DNA of 64,000 nt from a virus (lineage: Duplodnaviria; Caudoviricetes), in the IMG/VR virus record IMGVR_UViG_3300026549_000038, positions 32,001 to 96,000 of that record; one strand, given 5' to 3'. The position numbers and the translations under genes were made by a program. The notes under the pieces are model-generated. The model was not told the DNA's origin. It saw only the letters and a list, made by a program, of their open reading frames with translations, and did no database searches. Positions 1 to 10,588 of this stretch are shown piece by piece. Each line of letters opens with the position of its first letter. Position 1 is the first letter of the stretch.

Positions 1-49
1 TAATCGTGTTCTATTATAAGAACATTAAAATATATATAAAACTTATCGT

Positions 50-1888
50 TTATTTAGCACACTTCAACAACCATTTAGTTTGTCCTGAATCATATATTTT
101 ATAAAATCCCCTATCTAACATTATATCGGATTCTGATTTTGCACTGTCAAATCCAGATTCCACTAATGATTTTTTAGTGAAATTAAACCTATGGTATCTT
201 TTAAAATTTTTAGAATCTACATACCAATATGATTTGGATTCTCCTATTTGTTCAAATCCCAATGTTTTATATAAATCTCCAAAACTAATATCATTAGATG
301 AGAATGATTCTATATATTCCGGAGTATATGTTTTGATGAAATGTTTCAGCATTTTGCTTGCACCTCCAACAACAGATATTCCGATTTTGTTACAAAATCT
401 ATAAAGTTCCCACCCACTGGAGGCTTTGTTACCAAGGGATATTCTCTTTTGTCCAAATGTCATCAGCGAAACTAACTGGCCATTATAACGGAGACCAATT
501 TTTATTTTAGATCTCACGGGGCCTTGCAAATGATTGTCTTGCAAAAAATTATTTGCGTCTTCAGGAGATACTTCGACTACTTCACAACATCTAGCATATA
601 TTTTTATATTATTTCCTAATTTACTGTCTATTATTGATTTTACTATATTGAATTTGTGATAAATCTGATCCTCCCAAAATGTTAATAGTGTTACTCCACA
701 ATTACAACACTCCTTAAATTTTTTAATATGATAATCTTGAGTCTTGTATTTTATAGAGTGCCAATAACAACCATTACATTCTATACCCAGCTTATAGGAT
801 GGGATATAAATATCTATTTCTTTGCCTGATAAAATTTCTCTATTATTTCTAATATAATTTATGTTTAATGAATCCAAATGCTCACATATCTTATATTCCA
901 AAGAAGACTCTCGGGGACTTTCTTTACATAGTTTAGTGCACAGCTCGCGACCGTCATATTTTCTTACGTAAAATTTTGCCGCAGGAATATTAAATTTTTT
1001 ATCTGTACATATTTTACAATCGGGGTGTGGGCATGAACATTCATATATGTATTCATCATTATTTTTTAATATCCTTTGTATTATTGGATAACTATCTATA
1101 GTAGATTTGTTTCTGGAAGCAATTGCCTTATCTTTAAATTCCTGTAAATCCAAAACATGGTCAGTACCATATTTTAATATTCTAGTTTTTTTTCCAGATT
1201 CTTGAACAGTGTTTGATTGGAATGGGTATTCTACACCATATCTTTCAAGATTTGTCTTTTTGAATTTTTCCCGTACTTCTAAATTATTTAAAGGATTAAC
1301 TGCACCATATCTTTCAAGATTTGTCTTTTTGATTTTTTCTTGTATCTGAGAGGAGTTTATATTGTATTCTACACCATATTTTTCAAGATTTGTCTGCTTT
1401 ATTTTATCCCAAACTTTTTTCGAACCCAGTGGTGATGTTGTTCCATAACGTTTGATACATGTTTCTTTAATCTTATTATTAATCTCTTCGTTTTCTCTTG
1501 GGTTTTTCGAACCATATTTTTCAAGACATGTTTCCTTGGCGGCATTCGATATGATAGGTGACGCATAACCTACTCCCCCATATCGTTCGACACATGTTTC
1601 TTTGGTCTTGAGCTTTTTATCTTCGTCTTTATTGGAACATTTAATCGAACAGTATTTGTTATAACCTTTTCTGAAATTGTGAAATTTTGATGGACACCCA
1701 CAAACCGGACATAATTGTTTGTAGCCGTTCCAATTATGGTAGTACCAATATAACCTCTCTGAAAACGTCAGATCTTTTGGATATTTATTCAGCAAATATT
1801 CATAAAATTCCGGATATCTCTTTTTTATACTGTGGGCTAACCCCAGATTCGGGTTGTTATAAAGGTCTTCAATTGCAGGTGTTTTCAT
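50..1888 (-). CDS. Free-standing homing-endonuclease-like protein (Zn-ribbon, (K/R)YG repeats, Vsr/DUF559-like nuclease, C-terminal GNAT-like domain)
   Basis: CPVCG...YCSIKC motif; about 7 'KxTxLE(K/R)YG' repeats; EIDIYIP..KLGIECNGCYWH motif; WELYRFC...GGASKML C-terminus. Confidence 0.7.
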   Translation of the reverse strand: MKTPAIEDLYNNPNLGLAHSIKKRYPEFYEYLLNKYPKDLTFSERLYWYYHNWNGYKQLCPVCGCPSKFHNFRKGYNKYCSIKCSNKDEDKKLKTKETCVERYGGVGYASPIISNAAKETCLEKYGSKNPRENEEINNKIKETCIKRYGTTSPLGSKKVWDKIKQTNLEKYGVEYNINSSQIQEKIKKTNLERYGAVNPLNNLEVREKFKKTNLERYGVEYPFQSNTVQESGKKTRILKYGTDHVLDLQEFKDKAIASRNKSTIDSYPIIQRILKNNDEYIYECSCPHPDCKICTDKKFNIPAAKFYVRKYDGRELCTKLCKESPRESSLEYKICEHLDSLNINYIRNNREILSGKEIDIYIPSYKLGIECNGCYWHSIKYKTQDYHIKKFKECCNCGVTLLTFWEDQIYHKFNIVKSIIDSKLGNNIKIYARCCEVVEVSPEDANNFLQDNHLQGPVRSKIKIGLRYNGQLVSLMTFGQKRISLGNKASSGWELYRFCNKIGISVVGGASKMLKHFIKTYTPEYIESFSSNDISFGDLYKTLGFEQIGESKSYWYVDSKNFKRYHRFNFTKKSLVESGFDSAKSESDIMLDRGFYKIYDSGQTKWLLKCAK

Positions 1889-1958
1889 TTCGAGATTGAT
1901 TTATTTTCCAATATAATAATAATATGCAAAAACTGTCTTTATTAAACAATAACAAAAA

Positions 1959-1985
1959 ATAAACATCACAATGTGATGTTTATTA
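1959..1985. terminator. Inverted repeat / probable terminator after folE2
   Basis: AATAAACATCACA-A-TGTGATGTTTATT perfect inverted repeat, followed by a T-run on the minus strand. Confidence 0.55.
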
Positions 1986-2006
1986 AATACCATCAGTTCT
2001 AGTATG

Positions 2007-2960
2007 TTAAACCATCAAATCCTTGTATTCTCCTATATTGATATGATGATTAAAAATAGAACCCGGAATACCCTTTGTTATGATAGCATGACAATCAAAA
2101 TTATGAATAGACTCTCTATGTACACAGACAACCCTCCAATCCTTGATTCTTTCATCCTCGTTCAATTCAACTGCCATCCTTCTAACCGCCTCCTCAACAA
2201 ACATTGGCATCGAACCCATTTCTCCATGAGCTTGCTCATCTTCTCTCTTGCAAAATACCATTGTTTCATTAGGAAGGGCTTTCCTACAATGTTCAATGAT
2301 ATCTTCAATCCATATAACATCATCAGACTCTACGGATACTCTGCATACACTTCTCTGATTGTGTGGTGCTGCATATACTCCTCTTGTTACTGCTGCGTGT
2401 TCTGCAAGGGCAGTACTACAACTACATACACTTTGATATATGTAATCAACTATCACCACCTTTTTGAACTCACCAGACTTGTCAATGTTACAATCAAAGG
2501 TTACATTATATATTTGATAACCACCATTTAGATTTCCATTGTCATCTCTACTGCGGAGTGAAGGTAACCAAAGATAGTACGGGAAGTTCATTAGAATATG
2601 CGCATCGAATGAATTCATCTTTTCCTGATAGTGTCTTAAAATGACTTCCAATTTGTTGATGTCGAATATAATGTCTCGGGTAGGAATCCACTCCCTGATA
2701 AGTCTTGACATATTGATGCCAAGATGTTCGCTATCCAAATCATTCTCGGCATATATAGTTGCTAAGACCTGCTGGAATCCACCGTCCTTCTGTTTAACTG
2801 TAACAGGTATCTTAAAATTCTGAATACCAACAAAAGGTATAGGCAATCCTATAAATTCACTATTCTGAAGGTCTGGCATACTGTCCAGATATTCTTTACT
2901 CGGTACGAAATCCTTATCGTATCCTTTCTTAAGTTCTCTTACTTTTATGTCTTTATTCAT
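2007..2960 (-). CDS. folE2: GTP cyclohydrolase IB (FolE2)
   Basis: PDLQ, GINMSRL, SVCSCS, PHNQRS, KREDEQ, PMFVEEAVR and ESIH motifs. Confidence 0.9.
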   Translation of the reverse strand: MNKDIKVRELKKGYDKDFVPSKEYLDSMPDLQNSEFIGLPIPFVGIQNFKIPVTVKQKDGGFQQVLATIYAENDLDSEHLGINMSRLIREWIPTRDIIFDINKLEVILRHYQEKMNSFDAHILMNFPYYLWLPSLRSRDDNGNLNGGYQIYNVTFDCNIDKSGEFKKVVIVDYIYQSVCSCSTALAEHAAVTRGVYAAPHNQRSVCRVSVESDDVIWIEDIIEHCRKALPNETMVFCKREDEQAHGEMGSMPMFVEEAVRRMAVELNEDERIKDWRVVCVHRESIHNFDCHAIITKGIPGSIFNHHINIGEYKDLMV

Positions 2961-3012
2961 ATGTAAAAATTATAATATAGTAATAATATATGAAACAAAA
3001 CTATAAAATATA

Positions 3013-3033
3013 GAAAGGGCCCGAAGACCCTTT
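3013..3033 (-). terminator. Rho-independent terminator
   Basis: Minus strand AAAGGGTC-TTCG-GGCCCTTT directly after the S1-protein stop. Confidence 0.7.
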
Positions 3034-3035
3034 CT

Positions 3036-4115
3036 TTATTTAAGCTGAAGTTGTGGCTTGAAGTTACTGTAAACTATATTTCCGTCGCTGTCTAGTTTGT
3101 AAGCCGGAACTGTTTGATACTGATCGGCAAATCCGTTGTACCTCTTTTCGGTTTCGAATCCGGTAATGACCACTTGAACTTCCTGGCCAGGCTTATAGTT
3201 AACAATCTCTTCTGGTTTTGTTGGTATCATACCTGTTGTGTACAGGCTAGGAATTTCAACAAATATCCCACATTTGGTGCTACTGTGCAAACCGCCTGTA
3301 ACCTTTCCAGTATAGGTTCTAGCCGACAGTTCCTTCCAAGCATCTCCATCGTCGCAGAAATGTTTGTAAATATCCATCATCAACAGGTCTCCCTGGTACT
3401 TCAAATATTCTTTAACTGAACAAATGAGACTCATCTTTTGTACTCCGTTGATGATCTTTGGAATATAGTTGATAACAAATGCATCCACTTCTTTTCCTAC
3501 GAACTGCTGGAAGTCATCTGTGATGTTAAGAACTATGTGACTGCCTGGGATGAACGCATCAACTTCATAAGGCTCTCCAACAAAATTAGTTAGGCTTGGA
3601 ACTACGGCTTTTCCTATGAAACCACCGGTTACTAATTCGTTGATCTTGACTTTGACCGGCTCGGCCTCATACTGTGTAGGTCTCTGAAGTTCTGGGGTTC
3701 TCAAGAGCGGATCGAGCCACTTGTGGAAAATAGGAGTGAGTATATCAACGTATACCTCTTTCTTATTTTTATCAACTACGACTGCGTCCAAGACATCGTT
3801 TGGAATATTGCTCTGGTCCTTAAACTTAGGATACTTCCAGAGATTGGTTTTGGTGACGATTGGCACTTTCTGATTCGCTCCATCCAGCACCACGTTGTTT
3901 TTTGAAATAGAGATTATTCTTACAGGCAGACTGTCGCCGATCTTAAGCTCTGTTGGCGTGTTGTTAAATGACCCGTCAGTTTCGGAAATGACCTCTTTTG
4001 GATAAACCGTTTTAAAGGCTTCTCCTAAAGATATGTGGCGGAATCTGGCAGAGTATGCTTTGATTCTCTGTGTCTCTGTCTTAAATTCAGGCCACTGAAA
4101 TTCGTTTTTCTTCAT
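3036..4115 (-). CDS. Multi-S1-domain RNA-binding protein (ribosomal protein bS1-like)
   Basis: Repeated OB/S1 signatures: LKIGDSLPVRII, VTGGFI..AFIPGS..VGKEV, YTGKVTG..GIFVEI..GMI..YKPGQEVQVVI. Confidence 0.7.
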   Translation of the reverse strand: MKKNEFQWPEFKTETQRIKAYSARFRHISLGEAFKTVYPKEVISETDGSFNNTPTELKIGDSLPVRIISISKNNVVLDGANQKVPIVTKTNLWKYPKFKDQSNIPNDVLDAVVVDKNKKEVYVDILTPIFHKWLDPLLRTPELQRPTQYEAEPVKVKINELVTGGFIGKAVVPSLTNFVGEPYEVDAFIPGSHIVLNITDDFQQFVGKEVDAFVINYIPKIINGVQKMSLICSVKEYLKYQGDLLMMDIYKHFCDDGDAWKELSARTYTGKVTGGLHSSTKCGIFVEIPSLYTTGMIPTKPEEIVNYKPGQEVQVVITGFETEKRYNGFADQYQTVPAYKLDSDGNIVYSNFKPQLQLK

Positions 4116-4198
4116 CTATAAATTTTTTAAAGTGTTGTATACTAAAGTTAACTATTGTACTTTCGTACATTTTAATATATGTAATCCATTTTAGAATT

Positions 4199-4885
4199 TT
4201 ATGACTGTTTTACTGGGTTTTGTTTTATATGTTCAACCCAGATACTTCTGTGTGGTTCTTTTAAGATAGCAGGGGAAAGCCCATGCTCATATGTCCATTT
4301 ATCATCTCCGGGTTTTATCACACCTATTACTCCCACTTCTTTGCCTAATTTTATTATAGGTTTTTCTTTTGGGTTGGTAATGATTTCATTATTATATATC
4401 AAAATAGGTTCCCAGTAATATTCGTCACATATGGCCTCTTTAGGGCTTTTTAACCAAAATGATATACTCAAACCAAAGAACACTAGAGTAAACTGCGGAG
4501 GAAACTCATATCGATATTCACCCCACTTTGTCTTCCACATCATTCCATGGTTAAACTTATAAAAACTCAACCACATAGGAAGTACATAGGTGGGTTTAAA
4601 AATCTTAGAAAGTATCGGATGATTTTTCTTTCCTGTCTCTGTCCATTCAGATTTTATCAACTTTGCATAATCATAAGTATCATTTCTTTCGTTGTACTTA
4701 CCAAAATGAATTGTGTTTCCCCTTCTCCAGACAGGCAAGCATATGTCTTTTCTCCAACGACCTACCCTACAATAAAGCACAGGTTCTGTGAAAATTCTCT
4801 TCACCGGTATATAATCTTCGTACAGCCTGGTGAATTTTTTAAGAAAATACTTTAATAATTTAGATTTAATCGTCATGGGTTTCAT
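4199..4885 (-). CDS. Hypothetical protein (Trp/aromatic-rich)
   Basis: 228-aa ORF co-oriented with neighbours. Confidence 0.6.
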   Translation of the reverse strand: MKPMTIKSKLLKYFLKKFTRLYEDYIPVKRIFTEPVLYCRVGRWRKDICLPVWRRGNTIHFGKYNERNDTYDYAKLIKSEWTETGKKNHPILSKIFKPTYVLPMWLSFYKFNHGMMWKTKWGEYRYEFPPQFTLVFFGLSISFWLKSPKEAICDEYYWEPILIYNNEIITNPKEKPIIKLGKEVGVIGVIKPGDDKWTYEHGLSPAILKEPHRSIWVEHIKQNPVKQS

Positions 4886-4952
4886 TATACAAAAGTTTGT
4901 TAAACTACTTTATTATTTATAATATAAAATATAAAAATCCTATTATATATTT

Positions 4953-7900
4953 ATGGCTGCTAGAATACCAACACAGAATAACTTGGGTGAAGTAATCAAA
5001 TCCCTCAATGAAAACCTCAGTGCATTTAGTTCATTGATGCAAATTGTGTCTGGTATTCTTGATGATAAGTCTGTTTTCTTGCAAAAAGATTATAATAAAC
5101 GCGTTAAGACAATAGAAAAAAGAATATCTAGTATTTTTGGTCCGGATGGGCTCATGGATACTATTGTTTCCCAAATAGAACAGACTATAAGCAGGTCGAC
5201 CAAAGGTAAATTAGAAACTCTTGAAAAAGAATCAATTAAACCTGTAATCGATGCTATTAAAGCTATTTCTAATATATTAGACAATCGTTACCTAACTGGA
5301 TTTACAGTCGGACGAACTATGATGATTCGTCGAAATCTGAGGGGTGTTGAACGGACGTTTGATCAGTTGTTTAAATTTATTAATAGACTTGGTAAAAAGA
5401 ATTTAAATACTAAGGCAGTAAAGCAGTTAAATCTTCTTGCACATATAGTCGGAAAGATAACTAAAATGGTAACTGCTTTAATATTGCTCGGTCCGGTATT
5501 CTTGGCGTTTATCATTATGAGTCCAGTACTGGTGATTGGATTCTGGGTTTTGATCAGAGTCCTTAATCTAATGAGTAGGATTGCAGATGGGGTCAGGTTT
5601 GGACGACGCGGAATACTGGGATTGATGAGAGTACGAGCAATGATTCTTGTAATAGGTATTATTGCAGTTTCTCTGGTTATCATCGGAGCGATGGCTTTAT
5701 TGGTTGTTAAACTTGCGGTTCCAATCTTAGCTATGTTTGGAATAATCATTTTGATTATGCTAGGTTTGAGGTTGATGGTTTGGATTACTAGTAAGATAAT
5801 GAGTGTAGAGGCGGTAGAGGGGTTAGCAGTTGTCGCTTTGTTGATTGGAGTTATCATGGCAATATCTATCATGCTCCTTGTTGTAGCTAGTATATCTTTG
5901 TTGATTGCAAAGTCTTGGAAGAGTATATTACTGATGTTTGGTATTATCACTGCAGTTGCTGCTGCGGCAGTTGGTATGGGCTTGGGTATGACGCTTCTGC
6001 TTCCGATGGTGCCTGGTATGTTGGCAGGCATAGCTGCGCTGACTGTGATTATAGGTGCAATCATGTTTATTTCAATGATGCTCTTATTGTTACAACAACT
6101 TAAGCTCGATAAAGAGAAGATTCTTGTTAATGTACATATAGTTCTCGACACAGCCAAAGCAATCATCGGAATGTTATTTGAAGATGAAGAGGAACCTGGA
6201 AAACAAAAAGATAATATGTTCACCAGGATAATCAAATCTATCTTCAGAGGGGCATCGATGATTATAGAAATGATACTTGCTGCTGCCTTGCTGACGATGA
6301 CTGTTGTGTCTGTAACAATGATTCTCTTTATTGCTTTGGAATTGAGACTGTTACAGGTTATCAATCTTAAGCCAGAAGAGATAAAGAGAAACGTTAGTTT
6401 GGTTCTAGGTACAGCTAAATCAATCATTTCCACACTGTTCGACCCGATTAACCCCGAGGAGAATGACAAACCAAAGACCGGATTCCAGATATTTATAAAA
6501 TGGGCTTTCAGCAGAATAGCTACTATCCTAGATGCAATTTTTTCAGTTGCTGTTCTGGCCATGACTTTTGTGTCTGTTGGCATGATACTTCTTATTGCTA
6601 TGATGTTGAGAGGTCTCCAAAATATAGATCTTGATCACAATAAAGTTAGAGAACGGGTTGGACTTGTGTTAGACACAGCTAGGAACATAATATCTTCTAT
6701 CTTTGATTACAGGGATGAGAAAGAAGATAATGAACCAAAAACTTGGTTCGGCTCGTTCATAAGCTGGGCATTTGAGAGATTTTCAGCCATCATAGATGCT
6801 ATATTATCTGTTGCCTTCCTGTCTTTGACTGTGATAGCTATCGGTATAGTTATGCTTATTGCAAAACAACTGAAAGCCATTTCACAATTCGACATAGATC
6901 CAAATGAAGCTAGAGATAAAGCGGCTGGAATTATTAATGCGGCGATGACTGTTATGAATTCCATTTTTGATTTTAAGAAAGATCTTAAAACAGCACAGCC
7001 ATCAACTTGGGTGGGTGAACTCATTCAATGGGCATTTCCTGACTTTTATAATTTTGTAAAAATGATAACATCTGTTCTTTTCTTAGCTGTGTCTTTGGCA
7101 GGAATAGGATGTATAAAACGTGTTGGTGAAGCTTTAAATGAAATTGTCAAATTTGATGTAAATCCAGAATTGGCCAAACAAAAAGCTCAGCAAGTTGTTG
7201 CGGTGGCAAAAGATATAGTTAATCAGATTAACATAGAAGGCACTATATTTGACAATATCGGAAAGAAGTGGAAACTAGGAAAGGTAGCGAAGATGTTCGG
7301 AGATATTAAGCTTATTGCAGAGACAATGACTTATCTCAAAGATTTTGACCTGTCTGTTATAACCTCTTCAGGAGATATAGCAAATAAGATAGTTATAGAA
7401 GCTGTAAAACTTGTAAGAGGTCCGAAAGGAGCTTCAGATACTTTTTGGAGAGATTTGAACGAAGCATACAAAGACATTTCAAAAGCCATGGGAAGAGTTA
7501 GTGAGGTGTTTGGTTTATTTGCGGGTATAGGCAGTTCAGAAGAAGACATGAAAAAAGCTCTAACTACGGCCATATATACCGGCGAATGTATGAAACGAAT
7601 AGCAAACGCCGATTTTGATAATACGGCCGTTATGAATAAGGCTCGCGTAATAGGATTTGCATCTATGTCACTCAAGTCTTGGTTTAACATGTCTTCTGCC
7701 GAGGTAGCACTTAACAAACAACTTGTAGAGCAGAATATCAAGTTCTTCGAAAAAATTAATAGTGTTGATATTGAAAAACTCAAGACCACAGAAAAGATGT
7801 TTAAAAACATGGCGAAGTTCAGTGAGACAATCAGCGGTAACTTCGAAGGTTTAGCAGACACTCTTAATAATAAAATCGCTCCTATTATAGAAGAACTGTC

Positions 7901-8195
7901 AAAGAAGATAGATGATGTGAAGGCACTCCAGGCTGAAGCAATCGATGACAACAACGCAAACAGCGGAAACGAAAAGGCTGTCAGCGAGAATACAGCAACA
8001 AAACGTGTTGCCAAAGCTCCGGTTGGAGGCTTGATCCAATACGGTAAAGATCAAGAGGGCGACTCATTCACAATCTCTAAGGAGAGTCGCAAGGCTTACA
8101 TGAGAGCTACTAAGAACGGAAAAGACATTGGGGCAATCCTTAATGTATTGACTGGAAATGGTGGAACCGGCGGTGTTTTGACTAGAACTCGATAA
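4953..8195 (+). CDS. Large multi-TM repeat protein, tape-measure/ejection-like
   Basis: 1080 aa, many hydrophobic helices, about four ~85-aa internal repeats; function inferred. Confidence 0.45.
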   Translation: MAARIPTQNNLGEVIKSLNENLSAFSSLMQIVSGILDDKSVFLQKDYNKRVKTIEKRISSIFGPDGLMDTIVSQIEQTISRSTKGKLETLEKESIKPVIDAIKAISNILDNRYLTGFTVGRTMMIRRNLRGVERTFDQLFKFINRLGKKNLNTKAVKQLNLLAHIVGKITKMVTALILLGPVFLAFIIMSPVLVIGFWVLIRVLNLMSRIADGVRFGRRGILGLMRVRAMILVIGIIAVSLVIIGAMALLVVKLAVPILAMFGIIILIMLGLRLMVWITSKIMSVEAVEGLAVVALLIGVIMAISIMLLVVASISLLIAKSWKSILLMFGIITAVAAAAVGMGLGMTLLLPMVPGMLAGIAALTVIIGAIMFISMMLLLLQQLKLDKEKILVNVHIVLDTAKAIIGMLFEDEEEPGKQKDNMFTRIIKSIFRGASMIIEMILAAALLTMTVVSVTMILFIALELRLLQVINLKPEEIKRNVSLVLGTAKSIISTLFDPINPEENDKPKTGFQIFIKWAFSRIATILDAIFSVAVLAMTFVSVGMILLIAMMLRGLQNIDLDHNKVRERVGLVLDTARNIISSIFDYRDEKEDNEPKTWFGSFISWAFERFSAIIDAILSVAFLSLTVIAIGIVMLIAKQLKAISQFDIDPNEARDKAAGIINAAMTVMNSIFDFKKDLKTAQPSTWVGELIQWAFPDFYNFVKMITSVLFLAVSLAGIGCIKRVGEALNEIVKFDVNPELAKQKAQQVVAVAKDIVNQINIEGTIFDNIGKKWKLGKVAKMFGDIKLIAETMTYLKDFDLSVITSSGDIANKIVIEAVKLVRGPKGASDTFWRDLNEAYKDISKAMGRVSEVFGLFAGIGSSEEDMKKALTTAIYTGECMKRIANADFDNTAVMNKARVIGFASMSLKSWFNMSSAEVALNKQLVEQNIKFFEKINSVDIEKLKTTEKMFKNMAKFSETISGNFEGLADTLNNKIAPIIEELSKKIDDVKALQAEAIDDNNANSGNEKAVSENTATKRVAKAPVGGLIQYGKDQEGDSFTISKESRKAYMRATKNGKDIGAILNVLTGNGGTGGVLTRTR

Positions 8196-8266
8196 TTTCT
8201 TTCATTTTATTTTAAAAAGCTTCCAGATGTGTTTATTTTCGAATAAAATTAAATACATCATTTAAA

Positions 8267-8869
8267 ATGAAGTTTATTATTGTTGGGCTTCATAGTAGCG
8301 GAAAACAAGAGACTGGTGATATTTTAAGGAGCATGGATGTTTCTGTTGGGAGACTTTTCACAAATCTCGACGAAGAATCGCCTAGTATATATAATTGTAA
8401 TAAATATGAACTCTTTGATACTCAGATAGTTAACGAGCTATTCGAAAATGATTCTTATGTGTTCATTCACGATTTAGAAACAAAGATTGGGTTTGTTAAC
8501 TATAAGACATACGAAGGGTTGACAAAATGGGAGTACGAACAAAACGATGTTCATATTCTCTCTCCAAATCAACTGCTGGCCATCCCGCCTTCAAAACTCC
8601 GAGGAGAAGATATTTACTATGTTTGGCTGGATAATACCAGAGAAAATAGAATGTCATATTATATATCACATGATCGTACATATTCGTTTGGATTTCAAGA
8701 GACTTTAGAAACACAGGACATGGAGTCTTTTGTAAAAAAAATATATCAACTCGGTCCGCGCGTGTTATATTTTACAAATGAACAACCAGAGAGAATAGCT
8801 ACTATCATATATGCTTGTTTGAAACATCCAGACTTGCTGCCTGTCTTTTTAAAAAATTACAACGGTTAG
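8267..8869 (+). CDS. P-loop nucleotide-kinase-like protein (guanylate-kinase-like)
   Basis: N-terminal FIIVGLHSSGKQ Walker-A-like motif. Confidence 0.45.
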   Translation: MKFIIVGLHSSGKQETGDILRSMDVSVGRLFTNLDEESPSIYNCNKYELFDTQIVNELFENDSYVFIHDLETKIGFVNYKTYEGLTKWEYEQNDVHILSPNQLLAIPPSKLRGEDIYYVWLDNTRENRMSYYISHDRTYSFGFQETLETQDMESFVKKIYQLGPRVLYFTNEQPERIATIIYACLKHPDLLPVFLKNYNG

Positions 8870-8915
8870 AATATAACGATAGTTAACAAAAGAATTAAAA
8901 AAAATATAAATTATA

Positions 8916-9686
8916 ATGGAATATACATTTAATGATGGTTCTCTATCTTTTGAAGGAACCTGGTATAATATAAAAACTGGAGATAAGGTCGTGGTTAGAG
9001 ACACTCTTTTTGAAAACAATCAGATCATCATAAGAACCACAGACGGAAGAATGATCAGTTACGACAAGTTTCAAGATTATGTTAAGTCTGATAAGCCATT
9101 AAACATGGCTCAGAAACAGCCTCAGGAAAGCATACCTCAGAATGTACTTGAAGAAATACAATCAAACACATTGGAAGATTTTGATAATAAAATGTTAAAC
9201 ACACCAGACGTTACACAACCCATACAAGAACCAAAGGTTGCGAGAGGTAGTTATATTATGAATAACATTTACGAATCTTCTCCGATTTCTGCACAAGAAC
9301 CAAAGTCAAATGTCGAACAGCTGATTGTGGCAAGGGCTTTAGATTCATATCCAAAACCAAAAGTTAACATTAGTATCGATTGGGATATGCCAAGAGATAC
9401 TATAAATATGCTTTTGAATGTTATGAATATTAATAAAAATGATATATATTTATACTACAAGTCTTTTTTAAATACCGATATGTTCATTGAAGAATTTTCG
9501 AAAAAGCTTGCAGATATCATTGATGGATTAGAAAAGCAACCTTCGGTTCCGGCTCAGCCAGCAGAACTTACAGGAAAGGAAGAGACGGTTACAACAGAAA
9601 CAGTTTCAAACAAAACACCAGAGTCTTCGAAAGACGCGGTTAAACCACAGCCAAAAAAGCCAGGTAGACCAAAAAAGAATAAATAA
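8916..9686 (+). CDS. Hypothetical protein with basic C-terminal KPGRPKK motif
   Basis: 256-aa ORF in + operon. Confidence 0.6.
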   Translation: MEYTFNDGSLSFEGTWYNIKTGDKVVVRDTLFENNQIIIRTTDGRMISYDKFQDYVKSDKPLNMAQKQPQESIPQNVLEEIQSNTLEDFDNKMLNTPDVTQPIQEPKVARGSYIMNNIYESSPISAQEPKSNVEQLIVARALDSYPKPKVNISIDWDMPRDTINMLLNVMNINKNDIYLYYKSFLNTDMFIEEFSKKLADIIDGLEKQPSVPAQPAELTGKEETVTTETVSNKTPESSKDAVKPQPKKPGRPKKNK

Positions 9687-9697
9687 ATGTAAATGAG

Positions 9698-10255
9698 ATG
9701 AGTGATAATATAAACATTTCTCCAGAAGACATAGTGAAGGCTGTTATAGATTCCGAGCCAATCTCTGGTTTAGACGACCTTCCTGCTGACTGGGCAGAAG
9801 AAGTACCAATTGAAAACATTACCGAAGAGTCTAGTGATGATGCTCAAAAACTCATCAATAATATAAGTTCTATATATAACGATGAAGATTTTTTGAAAAA
9901 TAATCCAAAGTTCACCGAGAGACTCAATGCTGAAGTAGAGAATCTGAGAGTATTAATTAAGATGAGGAAAACTGACGAAATAACCCACGATAATATTGTC
10001 AGAGCTATAAGTAAAAAACCAGAAAATGCCTCTCTTTATAGAGCACTTACCGATCTTCAGAGAACCATGCTGAATGTATCTAAACAAATAGATGATAAGG
10101 TGGATAATATAAATAAATTAGTTAAAAGTATCCAGCTTGAGTTCAATTTTGATAACCAAGACTCAGAAGAAAACGAAGACACACCGTCAGCACAAGGCCG
10201 ATATCGAGGTTCGAAAGATTTTATAGAAGATATGAAAAAATCAATGAGCCAATAA
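9698..10255 (+). CDS. Coiled-coil protein, possible terminase small subunit
   Basis: Helical core and C-terminal 'YRGSKDFI' loosely like the T4 gp16 FxGS motif; near terL. Confidence 0.3.
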   Translation: MSDNINISPEDIVKAVIDSEPISGLDDLPADWAEEVPIENITEESSDDAQKLINNISSIYNDEDFLKNNPKFTERLNAEVENLRVLIKMRKTDEITHDNIVRAISKKPENASLYRALTDLQRTMLNVSKQIDDKVDNINKLVKSIQLEFNFDNQDSEENEDTPSAQGRYRGSKDFIEDMKKSMSQ

Positions 10256-10261
10256 AAAAAT

Positions 10262-10285
10262 AACCCACCGAGAGGTGGGTTTTTT
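10262..10285. terminator. Bidirectional rho-independent terminator
   Basis: AACCCACC-GAGA-GGTGGGTT flanked by A- and T-runs between convergent genes. Confidence 0.85.
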
Positions 10286-10313
10286 GTTGGTTACTTTATA
10301 AGTAAGGTAACAA

Positions 10314-10493
10314 TTATTCAGCAACTGCCTCAATAGCTGTGGAGTCCGCTACAGCGACTGTTGTATCAGCTACGGTCTCAACTACAGTTGTATCTGCAGC
10401 TTCTACCTCTACCTCCTCGGCGTTGTTGTTTCCGCATGCCACAAAAGCGAACATTGCAAGAGCGGCAACGATTGTAAAATAAATTTTCTTCAT
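10314..10493 (-). CDS. Small lipoprotein (59 aa, not in the ORF track)
   Basis: MKKIYFTIVAALAMFAFVAC-GNNNAEEVEVEAADTTVVETVADTTVAVADSTAIEAVAE: signal peptide II with lipobox. Confidence 0.8.
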   Translation of the reverse strand: MKKIYFTIVAALAMFAFVACGNNNAEEVEVEAADTTVVETVADTTVAVADSTAIEAVAE

Positions 10494-10588
10494 AATAAAA
10501 TAGTTTGTTATTTAAATTGTTTTTATAATATATAAATAATATATCGTTTATTAAATTATCTTTTAAAAAAACATATAAAACAATACAA

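Noticed and set aside
5363-8014. Long antisense ORFs (406 and 227 aa)
   Set aside because: They shadow the codon usage of the hydrophobic 1080-aa gene and have no independent motifs.
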